From contig CAVYYI010000003.1 in the NCBI GenBank assembly GCA_963772725.1, forward strand, positions 128,001 through 192,000: 64,000 bases of DNA. The letters are read 5' to 3'. The translations under genes and the position numbers were made by a program. This document shows positions 37,803-48,729 of this stretch, piece after piece; the first letter of the stretch is position 1; each line of letters opens with the position of its first letter. This DNA is from an uncultured Phycisphaerales bacterium. Lineage in GTDB: Bacteria; Planctomycetota; Phycisphaerae; Sedimentisphaerales; Anaerobacaceae. Below the pieces are notes generated by a model. The model did no database searches. It was not told where the DNA came from and saw only the letters and a list, made by a program, of their open reading frames with translations.

Positions 37803-38477
37803 TTAAACGTTTACCAGAACGCCCGGACTCATCGTCGCCGATATGGCTATCTTCTTGATATAGGTACCCTTCGACGACGCGGGTTTTATTTTTTTGATAT
37901 GTTCAAGAAAAGCCTGTATGTTTCCAACCAGCTTCTCCGCCTCGAAACTCTGCTTTCCTACAACCGCGTGCACGTTCCCGCCCGCGTCATTTTTAAACTC
38001 CACTTTGCCGGCCGCGAACTCCGCAACCGCTGATGCCACGTTCGCCGTAACCGTCCCATTCTTAGGAGATGGCATTTTGCCCTGCGGACCAAGAACACGG
38101 CCAAGTTTACCCACTTTACCCATAAGCTTCGGCGACGCTATCGCCACGTCGAAATCCATCCAGCCGTCGGTAACTTTTTTTACCAAATCGTCGCCGCCAG
38201 CTTCAATGGCGCCTGCGTTTTTAGCCGCTTCAATATCCGAATCTTCGCAGAATGCAATTACTTTCTTCTGCTTGCCTATCCCGTGAGGAAGTGAAATCGA
38301 CCCGCGAATCAACTGTTCGGCCATCTTGGTATCTATACCAAGGTGAACCACGCATTCTATACTCTGGTCGAATTTTGCCTGAAACGACTTAACGATATTG
38401 ACAGCCTCTGTCAGGCTCACAGGATTCTGGTTTACCTTCTCAAAATCTTTCTTATATCTCTTACTTCTAAAACCCAT
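37803..38477 (-). CDS. rplA: 50S ribosomal protein uL1
   Basis: KFDQSIE, LPHGIGK, LGRVLGPQGKMPSPK. Confidence 0.97.
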   Translation of the reverse strand: MGFRSKRYKKDFEKVNQNPVSLTEAVNIVKSFQAKFDQSIECVVHLGIDTKMAEQLIRGSISLPHGIGKQKKVIAFCEDSDIEAAKNAGAIEAGGDDLVKKVTDGWMDFDVAIASPKLMGKVGKLGRVLGPQGKMPSPKNGTVTANVASAVAEFAAGKVEFKNDAGGNVHAVVGKQSFEAEKLVGNIQAFLEHIKKIKPASSKGTYIKKIAISATMSPGVLVNV

Positions 38478-38573
38478 AAAAACTCCTGAATTTCGCGAAT
38501 AACATTCTTCTTCGCTCCCACTATTTCATGCCGTGGTATCGCATATATCCAACTCAAAACTGAAAACTCAAAA

Positions 38574-38999
38574 CTATTTTTCTACGTCTATCCCCATGCT
38601 CCGAGCTGTGCCTTCTATTATTTTGCAGGCATTCTCGATGTCATAGGCGTTGAGGTCTTTCATTTTTCTCTCAGCGATTTTCCGTACCTGTTCCATGGTA
38701 ACTTTCCCGACCTTTTCCTTATTCGGAACACCGCTTCCCTGTGCCACACCAGCCGCCTCTTTTAAAAGCACCGCCGCTGGCGGACTCTTAACCTCAAACG
38801 TGAAACTCTTATCCTTATAAACAGTTATGACAACCGGAACAACCATACCATTAAGCTCTTTTGTCCGTTCGTTAAACTGCGAAACAAACTGACCGATATT
38901 AACGCCATGCTGACCAAGTGCCGGACCTATTGGCGGTGCTGGTGTTGCCTGGCCGCCCTTGGCCTGCAGCTTGATTTGTACTACCACTTCCTTAGCCAT
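38574..38999 (-). CDS. rplK: 50S ribosomal protein uL11
   Basis: [22 protein letters not shown]. Confidence 0.98.
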   Translation of the reverse strand: MAKEVVVQIKLQAKGGQATPAPPIGPALGQHGVNIGQFVSQFNERTKELNGMVVPVVITVYKDKSFTFEVKSPPAAVLLKEAAGVAQGSGVPNKEKVGKVTMEQVRKIAERKMKDLNAYDIENACKIIEGTARSMGIDVEK

Positions 39000-39038
39000 T
39001 TATTTTACCTCTACCAACTACGAACTAATAACTACAAA

Positions 39039-39582
39039 CTAAATCTTTTCTATCTGCCAGTATTCTATATCCAGCGGCGTACTTCGCCCGAATATCGTTA
39101 CTATCACTTTTACAATTCCACGTTCAGAATCGATCGAATCTACAACGCCCTCGAAGTTCTCAAATGCACCTTCACGAATCTTAATCTGGTCGCCTTTTTT
39201 GAACTCCACTTTAATACTCGGCGCCTCTTCAGGCTTTTCAGCCTCCAGGAGCATCTTCGCCGCATCCGTATCACGCATCGGCGTCGGAACACCTTCCGTG
39301 CCGATAAAATCGCCGACACCGGAAGTTTCCTTTATCAGAAACCACGCTTTTTCAGGGGGCTTTGCCGTCCGGCAGCGGTTCCATCTCCATAAAAACATAG
39401 CCGGGATAAAGCTTGCGCTTATAAACCGTCTGCTTATTGCCGCGAATCCTTTTCACTCGCTCGACAGGAACTTCTATTCTGCCAACGATATCGCCAAGCC
39501 CTTCCATTTTAACCTTCTGGCTAAGGGCCTCTCTGACCTGCATTTCCTGATTCGACTGAACTCGTAATACGTACCACTGCAT
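39039..39582 (-). CDS. nusG: transcription factor NusG; one apparent frameshift near 39360
   Basis: WYVLRVQS, YPGYVF, KOW motif GAFENFEG, IFGRSTP. Confidence 0.95.
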
Positions 39583-39627
39583 TTTTTGTGCCTACAGTTT
39601 TAACTCTGCTTTATTTTTTAAATCCTG

Positions 39628-40004
39628 TTAAATACCTATCAGCCAGCCGAAAAATACCTGAAGCAGCAAATCCGCCACTCCCAATAATACACTCATCATA
39701 ACAACAACCACTATTACAACAATGTCGAAACCGCTATTTCTTTTCGGCTCGACCAGTTGACCTTTTTCATTTCGCCTTCAGAGGAAATCATAAAATCTGC
39801 TATCGAGGGTTTGTTTACCAGCCAGAAGCACAAACAGCTCAATACCACAAACACTACAACAGGCGTCATTATTTTTATCCAAATACCGGCGTCTATCTTC
39901 TGCGAAAGCTGCCAACAACCCAGACCTACTACCAAAACACCGCTAAACGCACTGCCCAGCCTTGTATATTTCCCCTGATTCGCTTTATAAACTTCAAATA
40001 TCAT
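39628..40004 (-). CDS. secE: preprotein translocase SecE; frameshifted
   Basis: YKANQGKYTR, EGEMKKVNWSSRKE; tRNA-Trp-secE-nusG order. Confidence 0.9.
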
Positions 40005-40067
40005 TTTTAACAAGCCTCTTTTACTTTTTCCTTTATAAATTTCCTCTCCACTGGCAGCTTCAACTAT

Positions 40068-40140
40068 CAGGCCAGGGAGGAATTGAACCCCCAACCTTCG
40101 GTTTTGGAGACCGACGCTCTGCCAATTGAGCTACTGGCCT
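40068..40140 (-). tRNA. tRNA-Trp(CCA)
   Basis: AGGCCAGTAGCTCAATTGGCAGAGCGTCGGTCTCCAAAACCGAAGGTTGGGGGTTCAATTCCTCCCTGGCCTG. Confidence 0.96.
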
Positions 40141-40177
40141 ACTTATTCCATTGTCCTTTCTTATCCGAATCAGTTTT

Positions 40178-40344
40178 ACCTTTACGCTTTATCTTATGAA
40201 CCGTATGCTTCCGTTCGCATCTTGCAATATTTTTTCAGCTCCATCTTCGGCGTGCCTTCCGCAACACTTATTCCGTGCGATAGTTTCGCTGCCGCATTCC
40301 TTGCATTCCAGCCAAACGTATTCTCTTTTACTTTTTTTAGCCAT
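40178..40344 (-). CDS. rpmG: 50S ribosomal protein bL33; frameshifted, 3' end approximate
   Basis: MAKKSKREYVWLECKECG...MELKKYC; tuf-rpmG-tRNA-Trp order. Confidence 0.85.
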
Positions 40345-40440
40345 AATATCCGTCCTGCACGGCAAACCTGCTTATCTCAAAAAAGACAGCACTCCAGCCG
40401 ATGCCTTCAAAACACGTGAAGTTTTACAGTTCAAAATCGA

Positions 40441-41671
40441 CTAACCGATAACCTTCGTTACAACGCCGGCGCCGACCGTGCTGCCGCCTTCACGAATGGC
40501 GAAACGAAGACCTTCTTCCATCGCGATCGGTGAAATAATTTCCACTTCCATCGCGATGTTATCGCCTGGCATACACATCTCTGCCTTTTTCCATCACGGC
40601 TCATTAATGCCTGAACTGTACCCGTTACGTCGGTTGTCCTGAAATAGAACTGCGGCTTATAGTTCGGGAAGAACGGTGTATGACGGCCGCCTTCCTCTTT
40701 TGTCAGTACATAAACCTCAGACATGAACTTCGTGTGAGGTGTAATGCTCCCGGGTTTGGCAATAACCTGTCCGCTTTCAAGGTCTTTCTTTTCGATACCT
40801 CTCAGCAGCAATCCAACGTTATCGCCGGCCTGTCCTTCGTCAAGTGTCTTGTTGAACATTTCGACGCCGGTAACAACGGATTTCGATTATATCTTTAGAC
40901 AAGTCCGATGATCGCCACTTCTTCGCCGACCTTTACCATGCCTCTTTCAATCCTGCCCGTGCCGACCGTACCACTGCCTTTAATGCTGAATACGTCTTCA
41001 ACCGGCATAAGGAACGGCTTATCGATTTCACGCTTTGGAATCGGAATATACTCGTCCATCGCCTTGAGCAAATCAACTATTGGCTTACAAGCTGGGTCAT
41101 CTTTTGACTCAGCCTTCATCGCTTTAATCGCTGAACCGCGAATAATCGGCGTCTCATCGCCGGGGAACTCATATTTCGTTAAGCAGGTCGCTTATTTCCA
41201 TCTCAACCAGATCCAGCAGCTCTGGGTCATCTACCAGGTCAACCTTGTTCAAAAATACTACTATCTTCGGCACGTTAACCTGACGGGCAAGAAGAATATG
41301 CTCGCGGGTCTGAGGCATCGGGCCGTCATAAGCGCTAACCACCAGAATCGCGCCATCCATCTGGGCAGCTCCGGTTATCATGTTCTTCACATAGTCGGCG
41401 TGACCCGGGCAGTCAACGTGTGCATAGTGTCTGTTTTCCGTTCATATACTCCACGTGTGCTGTCGCTATAGTCAAAATCTTCGAATCGATCACGGCGTCC
41501 CTGAGACTCCGACGCCTTGGCGATATCGTCATAGGATTTAAACTTTGACAAACCATTCAGTTCCATTACCTTGGTCATTGCCGCTGTCAGCGTAGTCTTG
41601 CCATGGTCAACGTGACCAATCGTACCCACGTTCACATGCGGTTTCGTGCGTTGAAATACTTCTTTAGCCAT
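40441..41671 (-). CDS. tuf: elongation factor Tu; several apparent frameshifts
   Basis: [52 protein letters not shown]. Confidence 0.96.
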
Positions 41672-41800
41672 TTATAAAACCTCCAATCTAAGTTTTTATT
41701 TCTACTTTTTTTGTTCTTTCCAGTTACCGGATACCCATCGCAACTTTTTCTAATCAACTCATAGCCGGGACCGCCCGGACATGACCTGACTCTATACTTC

Positions 41801-41873
<73 letters not shown>

Positions 41874-42011
41874 AACACCACTTCCGCTCGGACTTTACAT
41901 CCTTAGCGAATCGGATATTGCCCAAAAAACACACTTTCCACTGTGCCTAATCCCGCACAGCAGCATAGAAAACTCATATTTATCTTAGTTTGACAGCAAT
42001 GCAAGCGGTGC

Positions 42012-42040
42012 ATTTTACAAAACTTCCTGCCAAAGTGCAA
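42012..42040 (-). promoter_or_regulatory. sigma70-type promoter of the tRNA-Thr/tuf transcript
   Basis: TTGCAC-17 nt-TAAAAT followed by GC-rich discriminator GCACCGC; A/T tracts upstream. Confidence 0.65.
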
Positions 42041-42290
42041 ATAGAAAAAAAATAAAAAATCACAAAAAATTTGAATTTTTTACAACTTTTTCTTAAATTT
42101 TGGCATTCATTCTCATTTTTTTGCCCTTGTCCGCTCAAAAACGCAATAAACTCAACCTCAGCAATTGCGGCCTGAGACTGATAAAAATCGAAAATTTAGC
42201 ACTCGCTATCTTAAATATATCTCTCTTGTGGTTACTAATTCTACAAAACTTCATGATCGCCGCTGTGGACTTTCATAATAATTTTCGCTC

Positions 42291-45200
42291 CTACTGGAAC
42301 ATCTCCTTTTTTTCAAACCAACTATAAATAGTCGGCAGTACCAATAATGTTGCCAGTGTAGAAGTAATAAGCCCGCCGACAACGACCATCGCCAGCGGCT
42401 TCTGAACTTCCGAACCCGGCCCAGTTGCCAAAATCATCGGTATCAGACTGAATACCGTAATTGAAGCCGTCATAAGTATCGGACGCAATCTCGCCTTGCA
42501 GGCGGTAAATACCGCCTCTTCACTTTCCATACCTGATGCCCGCAATTGCATAACATAGGATATAAGCACAACGCCATTGAGCACCGCGACTCCAAAGAGC
42601 ACGATAAATCCAACCGAGGCCGGAACAGACAGATACATTCCGGTAAGGTGAAGGATAAATATGCCGCCGACCAGTGCGAATGGCAATGTAATCAGTACCA
42701 AGACCGCAAGCTTGAGAGATTTGAAGCTTATAAACAGCAGCAGCAGTATCAGACCGATAACCAAAGGCGTTATAATGGACAGACGCCTCATCGCCTGTTT
42801 TTGATTTTCAAACTGGCCGCCCCATTCAATATAGTAACCCGCAGGCAAGGCAACTTTTTCTTTTATTTGTTTTTGAGCGTCGGCAACAAAACTGCCAATA
42901 TCTCTGCCCTGAACATTGAGTTCAATGGCCATACGCTTTTGCGCATTTTCACGGCTGATCTGTACCGGACCTTCTTCAACGGTTATATCGGCCAATTGAC
43001 TCAGAGGAATACTGTACCCCTGCTTTGAATCGATCAGATATCGCCTAACGACTGTGCTGAATTGCACGTGTACTGTCAGGGAAATTCAGCACAAGATCAA
43101 AAACTTTGCTTTCCTGATAAATTTGTGAAGCGGGTTTGCCGCCCATCGCTATTTCGATAACATTGAGCACATCGCTTACATTCATGCCGTATCGGGCAAT
43201 TTTATTCCTGTCGACTTTGATCGACACATACGGTTGTCCTGCAACAACTTCGGAGACAAGTCGTTGCTGCCTTTGACACCTGACAAAACGGACGGCAATC
43301 TCGTCGAGCTTTTTGCTTTCAGGATTTCAGAATCATCGCCAAATAGTTTGACAATTATTTGCGCTTTGGTGCCGGCGACAAGTTCATCTATTCGGCACTG
43401 GATCGGCTGGCTGAAACCATAAGCGATGCCGGGAATATCCTCGATGGCCTCTCTCATTTTCCCGAACAGTTCTTCTCGTGTTTTTGCGTTCTTCCACTCG
43501 GATCGAGGCTTCAGCGAACCGACAAATCCTGTTTTTTCAACGCCTCTTGCCTCAATAGCGATGCCCGTCTGGCCGGTTTTGCCGATAACAGTCTCAAGTT
43601 CTTCAAACTGCATCAGCCGTTTTTGCACCATTTGCGCAATCATTGCCGACCGCTCAAGAGAGGTGCCCGGCGGAAGCTGAATATCCATATCAAATGCCCC
43701 CTCATCCATAATCGGCACAAATTCTCTTCCGAGGCATGGTACGCTCGCAAGGCGATGCGATAAGCACTATAACCGAAATTGCGACAACCGCCGGCCCGCC
43801 TGCCCATTGCCCAGCGACAGCATCGGTAGATAAACTCGCATGGCAAATTTCATCAGCGGACTTTCTTTTTCATCCCCATGTTTGAAGAAAAAATCGACAC
43901 AGAACAGGAATCACAAAAATCGAAAGAAACATCGACGCAAAAAGAGCAATTGCCACCGTGTATGCAAGCGGCGCAAACATTTTGCCTTCCATACCCTGCA
44001 GCATGATTATCGGTATAAATGTCAAAGCGATGATCAATTCGCCGAAAATACTTGGCTTTCTTACCTCCACAACGGCTTTGAATACCGTAGCGAGTTTATG
44101 GGTTTTATCTTTCAAATGGCCCAAATGCCGCTGCACATTTTCAACCTGAATAATAGTCGCATCAATGATCATTCCGATTGAAATGGCAAGCCCGCCCAGC
44201 GACATCAAATTCGCATTCAGGCCGGCATGTTTCATTACTATAAATGTCAGCAGCATGGACAGCGGCAAGGCCAGCAGAACAATCAATGCCCCTCTGAAAC
44301 TGCGAAGAAGCAGATAGAGCACAATTACAACAAGAATCGCACCTTCAGCCAGCGTCTTTGTTACCGTATTAATACTTTTGCCGACAATTTCAGAACGGTC
44401 ATAAAAAGGCTGATATTTTGATGCCGATTGGGCAGTACGGTTGAGGCATTTATTTCCTCTACTTTGGCCTTTACGCGTTTGACAACTTCGCGGCTGTTTT
44501 CGCCCTTGAGCATCATTACCACGCCGCCGACGGCCTCACCTTTGCCATCTTTGATAGCCAGGCCCTGCCGATCGCGTGACGCCGATATACTTCCGCAACA
44601 TCTTTAATGAATACCGGTACGCCATCATGCGATTTGAGCACGATATTGCCGATATCCGCCTCATCGCGGATAAGGCCGATGCCGCGGATAACATACTGCT
44701 CGGTTGGCGTTTCGATGACATTTCCGCCGACATTCTGGTTATTTTTTTCAATGGCCTCAAAAACATCCTGCACTGAAACTTTGTAGGTCAAAAGCTTTTC
44801 AGGGCTTAAGCATTACCTGAAATTGCTTTAAATAGCCGCCAAATGAGTTGATTTCATTTACGCCGGCCAGCCCTTTGAGAATCGGTGCAACCACCCAATC
44901 CTGCAATGTGCGAAGTTCGGTAAAATATGCGACTTTTTCATTAGGGTCGGAAGGCTCTTTGCCCTCAAGCGTGTATTGATAAATTTCACCCATTGCTGTA
45001 GCGATCGGCCCCATTTCACATTCCACGCCGGCAGGGCAGTTTTTCTTTAGCGCCGGTGAGCCGTTCAAATACAAGCTGGCGGGCAAAATAAATATCCACA
45101 TCATCCTTGAATACAAGCGTAACAACGGATAAGCCGTATTTTGTCGTTGATCGCATTGTTTCAAGCCCGGGAATGCCTCGCATGGACATTTCGACCGGAT

Positions 45201-45399
45201 AGGTTACAAATTTTTCAATTTCCAAAGGCGAAAGCCCCGGCGCATTGCTGACAATTTCAACCTGCACATTTGTAACATCCGGGAACGCATCGATGGGCAT
45301 TGTTTTAAATGCAACCGTTCCCAAGCCGATTATCGCAGCAACGAGAATCACAATCAAAAGCCTGTTGCTCATCGCAAGACTCATTAGTTTTTCAATCAT
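42291..45399 (-). CDS. czcA: heavy-metal RND efflux pump, CzcA/CusA family; many apparent frameshifts
   Basis: [54 protein letters not shown]. Confidence 0.9.
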
Positions 45400-45430
45400 T
45401 ATTTAACCTCGAATAAGCAATACCTATGAA

Positions 45431-46699
45431 TTAATGTCCGCCGCAAGGATCTTCAGTCGACTTGGTCATTTCTGATTTAAGCGTGAATGCTCCTTTGGCA
45501 ACATACTTTTGACCCTGCTCCAAACCTGATACAATTTCAGCAAATTCACCATTTATTCGTCCAAGCTGTACTTCCTGCGGCCTTAAAGCCTTCTTCTGCA
45601 GCAATAAAAACAAAGGATTTGCCTTCACATCGTTACAATGGCATCTTTGGGCACAACCATTTTGCAATCCACCTCCTCTACATAAATATTGGCAGTCGCA
45701 AAAGTGCCTGGCCGCCACTGGCCCGAATCATTCGGCAGGATGATGCGGGCAAGAGCGGTTCTGGTGTTTTCCTCAACCACGCTGCTGACATAACTGACAA
45801 CACCTTCACCCTGATTGTGTTCGGTTTTAAGCACGGCTTTTTGGCCTTGCTTTGACTCTCGGCAAATCTTTCTGATGAATATTTACGTTCACCCACACAT
45901 TGCTCAGATCCGCAATTACAAACGGTTCCGAATCATCTTTGAGCACTTCGCCGATCGTAATATGTTTTTCGATGATTGTGCCGTCTATTGGCGCTGATAA
46001 CCTCATAGACGATAAAGGATTCTTCCGGATGATTTGGCAGATTTTTCAGATACTCTTGTGAAAATCCCAAGTGCATGAAGTTTCTGCTCGGCAGAGCGCA
46101 GTTCGATTCTGGGCATCCGCCAAATCACGTTTGGCATTAAGATATTCCTGCTCGGCGGTAATCTTCTTTTCCCAGAGATTCTTTTCACGCTCAAACATCG
46201 TTTCGGCAAGCGCAATTTTTTCCCTTGCTCCAAGATAACCCGCCTTGTAATCAGCAAGTTCGCGGCTGTGTATCACGGCAAGCACCTCACCGGCCCGGAC
46301 TTTATCGCCAAGAGTTTTTATTACAGAGCGGACAACGCCGGGAATTCGCGGCACTACATGGGCCTTCCTGTCGCCATTTAACGCTATTTCTGCAGGAAGC
46401 ATTGTGTGTATCCCGATTTTGCCTGCACCAGCCCGTGCTAGTTCTATTCCAAACTGCTTAATAGTCGAATCTTTGAGCTTAATAATGCCTTCGTGAGCAT
46501 GTGCATCTTCACTTTCACCATGCTCTTCCTGCCCATCTTTTTCATTATGGATTGTTATATCAGAGTGAACCTCATCTGTTGATTGACCTAATTTGATTCC
46601 ACAAACTAAAAAAATTGCCGCCACCAGCAACACTATTTTGTGCTTCATTATCATCGCCGGCATTTTGTCTTTAACTATTAATAATATATTGCTTTTCAT
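45431..46699 (-). CDS. czcB: RND periplasmic adaptor, CzcB family; frameshifted
   Basis: His-rich linker, HVVPRIPGVV, LGDKVRAGEVLAVIHSRELA, WRPGTF, KGAFTLKSE. Confidence 0.85.
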
Positions 46700-46727
46700 T
46701 GTCTTGTCCTTTTATTTTATGTATGTT

Positions 46728-48059
46728 TTAATCACCAATGCTTTGTCCGATTAATCCTTCCATATCAGTTTTTGCTTTATGGTAAGAAACCAATGTTTCA
46801 AAATATTCTCTTTGCGATACAAAATAAGTCCTTTGAGCATCCAGTACATTCAGATAATCAATCTTGCCTTCAGAATATGCTATTTGGGAAGCTTCAAAGA
46901 CTTCTCTCGCAGCAGACACAATAGAATCTTTAAGTCCCTTAACCTTATTAAGCGAAACCGAAAGGTCGGTGTATATCTGATTGAATTGATTTACTACCTC
47001 AATGCGAGCCGCTCTTTGCTCTTGATATGACTTCGAAAGATTATAAACAGCCTCCCTTTTTCCGCCCTGATTCCGGTTAAATATCGGCAAAGGAATGGAA
47101 ACCCCAAAGACAAAAGCATTGTCGTCAGTTTCGTTGAATCTTTTGACTCCGGCACCAACGGATATATCAGGAAGAGCCCCCGATTTTGCCAGTTCCAAAG
47201 CCGCTTTATCCCGAGCGATTTCTTTTTCCCATCGCCCCAATTGCGGATTTTGTAGAAGCTTCTGCTGTAAATCCCCAATTTCAGGAATCTCCGTTACCAT
47301 CTCCAGTTGACCCTCAGCTCGTTTAAATTTGGCTTGCTCATTCCCCCAGAACGATGCTGCTTTTTTCCTGGCTGTTTCAAGCTCTTGTAATGCCTGTTTA
47401 TATTCAAGTTGTACATTCAGGTGAGCAACTGATGCCTTAGTCTTCTCTACAGGAGAATCTTTTCCTGCTTCCACTCGCTGACTAACGCTTCTGAAAGTCT
47501 TTTCAGATACATCAACAAGCTCTGCGAGCAGTTTCACTTTTTCCTGGATAGAAAGAAGTTCAACATAGGCTTTGCTTGCTTCCGTTAAAACTTCAAGCCG
47601 CTTGGCCTTATAATCCCAGCCGCTCAAATCCTTCTCCAGTGAGGCAACCTTTTTTCTCTTCTGCGCCTTATTGCCAAGCTCGATAGGTTGACTAAGCAAA
47701 ATTGTTGTCTCTGCCGCATCAAAACCACTCATAGCCCCAGAGCCGCCGACATCATCCACTCCAATATCAAGCGATGGATTTGGCCAAAGACCGGCCTGCA
47801 ACTCTCTCGCCTCCGCAGCCCTCGTCTCTAATGAAAACGCCTTCAATTCGGGGTTATGCATCAGAGTTAAAGCCAACACCTGCCGTAGAGTTAAAACCTC
47901 GTTAGGTTCAGTTATTTCAACAATTTCCTCACTCTGGTTATTGACAGGCTCAGAGATAGGAATTTTGTTTTCCTGATATTCCGCAGTATATCCATCAGCA
48001 CACCACGTCAATAGAATAGCAAACAAAAGTGACGCAACTATAAATTTTCGTTTCTTCAT
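46728..48059 (-). CDS. czcC: TolC-family outer membrane protein, CzcC-like
   Basis: AGLWPNP, LSQPIELGNK, GVSIPLPIFNRNQG, YLNVLDAQRT. Confidence 0.88.
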   Translation of the reverse strand: MKKRKFIVASLLFAILLTWCADGYTAEYQENKIPISEPVNNQSEEIVEITEPNEVLTLRQVLALTLMHNPELKAFSLETRAAEARELQAGLWPNPSLDIGVDDVGGSGAMSGFDAAETTILLSQPIELGNKAQKRKKVASLEKDLSGWDYKAKRLEVLTEASKAYVELLSIQEKVKLLAELVDVSEKTFRSVSQRVEAGKDSPVEKTKASVAHLNVQLEYKQALQELETARKKAASFWGNEQAKFKRAEGQLEMVTEIPEIGDLQQKLLQNPQLGRWEKEIARDKAALELAKSGALPDISVGAGVKRFNETDDNAFVFGVSIPLPIFNRNQGGKREAVYNLSKSYQEQRAARIEVVNQFNQIYTDLSVSLNKVKGLKDSIVSAAREVFEASQIAYSEGKIDYLNVLDAQRTYFVSQREYFETLVSYHKAKTDMEGLIGQSIGD

Positions 48060-48160
48060 AAACAACATTCCTTGAAATATACGGTTAAAGCAAATTGTCG
48101 GAATGGATAGACCATCTCCCAGACAATATTGAGCAATTAGGCAAGAATAGGAACGGCGTA

Positions 48161-48571
48161 TCACGCCAAAAGAATTATTGTTCGTAGAGGTGCATGGAAA
48201 GATGATAATTCAAAGTTATGTGCAGTGTAACAACTGAAAACAGATGGGATATAAGCTAATGTTGGTTTCAGGACATAATTTGACGTTAAAATTTTATGTG
48301 ATGAAGATTTACCATTTGTTCGCCAAGGACTGAGAACATTTGAAGTCACTAAAGAATCCTTACAATGGCCATATTCAAGACATGCCCCAATTATTGCTTC
48401 GGTATTACTCATTTCGTCGGTTTCTGGGCAGGTACAATGGTTATGGGCTGCTGGCTCCACGGCAATATGGCCATCGGAACCGTAGCAAGTTACCATAGAA
48501 AAACCACTTATGGAGTTAAAAACCATTAATCCCATAAGCATTATTGTCACTTTTTGCTTTATCATAATCAC
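48161..48571 (-). CDS. small Cys/His-rich exported protein at the head of the czc cassette
   Basis: N-terminal hydrophobic segment, CYGSDGH, HNHCTCP, CLEYGHCKD, C-terminal LRTIILLA. Confidence 0.6.
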   Translation of the reverse strand: MIMIKQKVTIMLMGLMVFNSISGFSMVTCYGSDGHIAVEPAAHNHCTCPETDEMSNTEAIIGACLEYGHCKDSLVTSNVLSPWRTNGKSSSHKILTSNYVLKPTLAYIPSVFSCYTAHNFELSSFHAPLRTIILLA

Positions 48572-48662
48572 CGGATTTTAACAGTTTTACGAACAAAAAT
48601 CAACAGGGTTCATACAAACGTTATTTTAGCGAATAGAGGAAAAAGCGGTGAAGGCGGGATTC

Positions 48663-48720
48663 CATTTAAAACTTTTAACTTTTAGTTTTAAACCTTCAAA
48701 CTGACCGTCGGTCAGTTCGA
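48663..48720. repeat. dispersed intergenic palindromic element, copy 2
   Basis: T-rich lead plus TCAAACTGACCGTCGGTCAGTTCGA; matches 26953-27003. Confidence 0.7.
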
Positions 48721-48729
48721 AATGATAGG

